From the NCBI GenBank assembly GCA_028706255.1, contig JAQWBS010000001.1, positions 344,563 to 408,562 of the forward strand: a stretch of 64,000 nt of DNA, written 5' to 3'. Below are positions 63,735 to 64,000 of the stretch, one piece after another (position 1 is the stretch's first letter; each line of letters opens with the position of its first letter). The notes below the pieces were generated by a model. The model saw only the letters and a list, made by a program, of their open reading frames with translations, was not told the origin of the DNA and did not search any database. Source of the DNA: Alphaproteobacteria bacterium. GTDB lineage: Bacteria > Pseudomonadota > Alphaproteobacteria > RF32 > CAG-239. The position numbers were made by a program, and so were the translations under genes.

Positions 63735-64000
63735 TGATAATAGAAAAAACCGATTTTTCAGAATGTTTAAACGGAGAACAAATTAGCCTCTTTAAGGGGA
63801 GAGAAACGGAAAACTTTGCACAATGCCTTTTTGCTGAAATTGAAGCTTCCAGAGATTATATGCTTCCTTGGCTTGAATGGGTGAAAGAAATTAAAACTAT
63901 CAAAGATGCATCTGTTCACATTTCTGCAAGGAACGAAGATTGGAAAAAAAGCAATAAACCTGCCTATGCTATTTTTAATAAGGTAAATCATTTTGTGGGA
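63735..64000 (+). CDS. GNAT-family N-acetyltransferase, partial (N-terminal part only, runs off window)
   Basis: An ORF from ATG 63735 stays open to the window end. Its N-terminal pattern (L..G..ISL.....E......F.EI.A.....YLPW) resembles the RimJ/RimL-like GNAT N-terminus. Confidence 0.45.

Overview
This 64-kb window is AT-rich chromosomal DNA from an alphaproteobacterium, most likely a Rhizobiales-like lineage with a small genome (Bartonella/Liberibacter-like gene content). Three observations support that placement:
- An IalB-family protein is present.
- PTS-Ntr HPr and EIIA-Man are present.
- The gene order is rpsT-dnaA-dnaN-recF.

It is almost entirely core housekeeping genes on both strands:
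- cca, rlmN, rppH, ctpA, an envC-like gene, gpmI and PBP1A.
- polA, gyrB, xthA, lolA, a ccrM-like MTase, ptsH and EIIA-Man.
- recF, dnaN, dnaA, rpsT, mutM and tsaB.
- ihfB, lapA, accD, dnaK, parE, rpsB and tsf.
- mscS, mutY and a DEAD-box helicase.

There is one tRNA, tRNA-Arg(ACG), and many clean rho-independent terminators. I found no transposases, CRISPR arrays, phage structural genes or recognisable defence genes. The less ordinary content sits in a few pockets:
1. A small islet around tRNA-Arg. It holds a split partial copy of the tRNA 3' end interrupted by a GC-rich ~105-bp insert, a TRL ('tRNA-associated locus') lipoprotein, a small CxxCC protein and secreted or lipoproteins.
2. Two paralogous unannotated 33- and 35-aa Lys/Ser/Ala-rich peptide genes, each with its own SD and terminator.
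3. An MBOAT acyltransferase carrying a perfect in-frame 45-bp tandem duplication. Three more putative acyl/acetyl-transferases follow it. One is a stand-alone GlmU C-terminal acetyltransferase-domain protein.
4. A lineage-specific block holding a membrane protein, a TPR protein, a Lon-like AAA+ protease and an LMW-PTP.
5. A beta-class (CcrM-like, C-terminally short) adenine methyltransferase placed 11 bp downstream of ptsH, with no HprK in the operon.
6. An atypical OmpR-type regulator lacking the acidic pocket, and an output-less PAS membrane protein.

Nothing here can be called a defence or mobile system with confidence. The candidates for novelty are lineage-specific and need database and expression checks.
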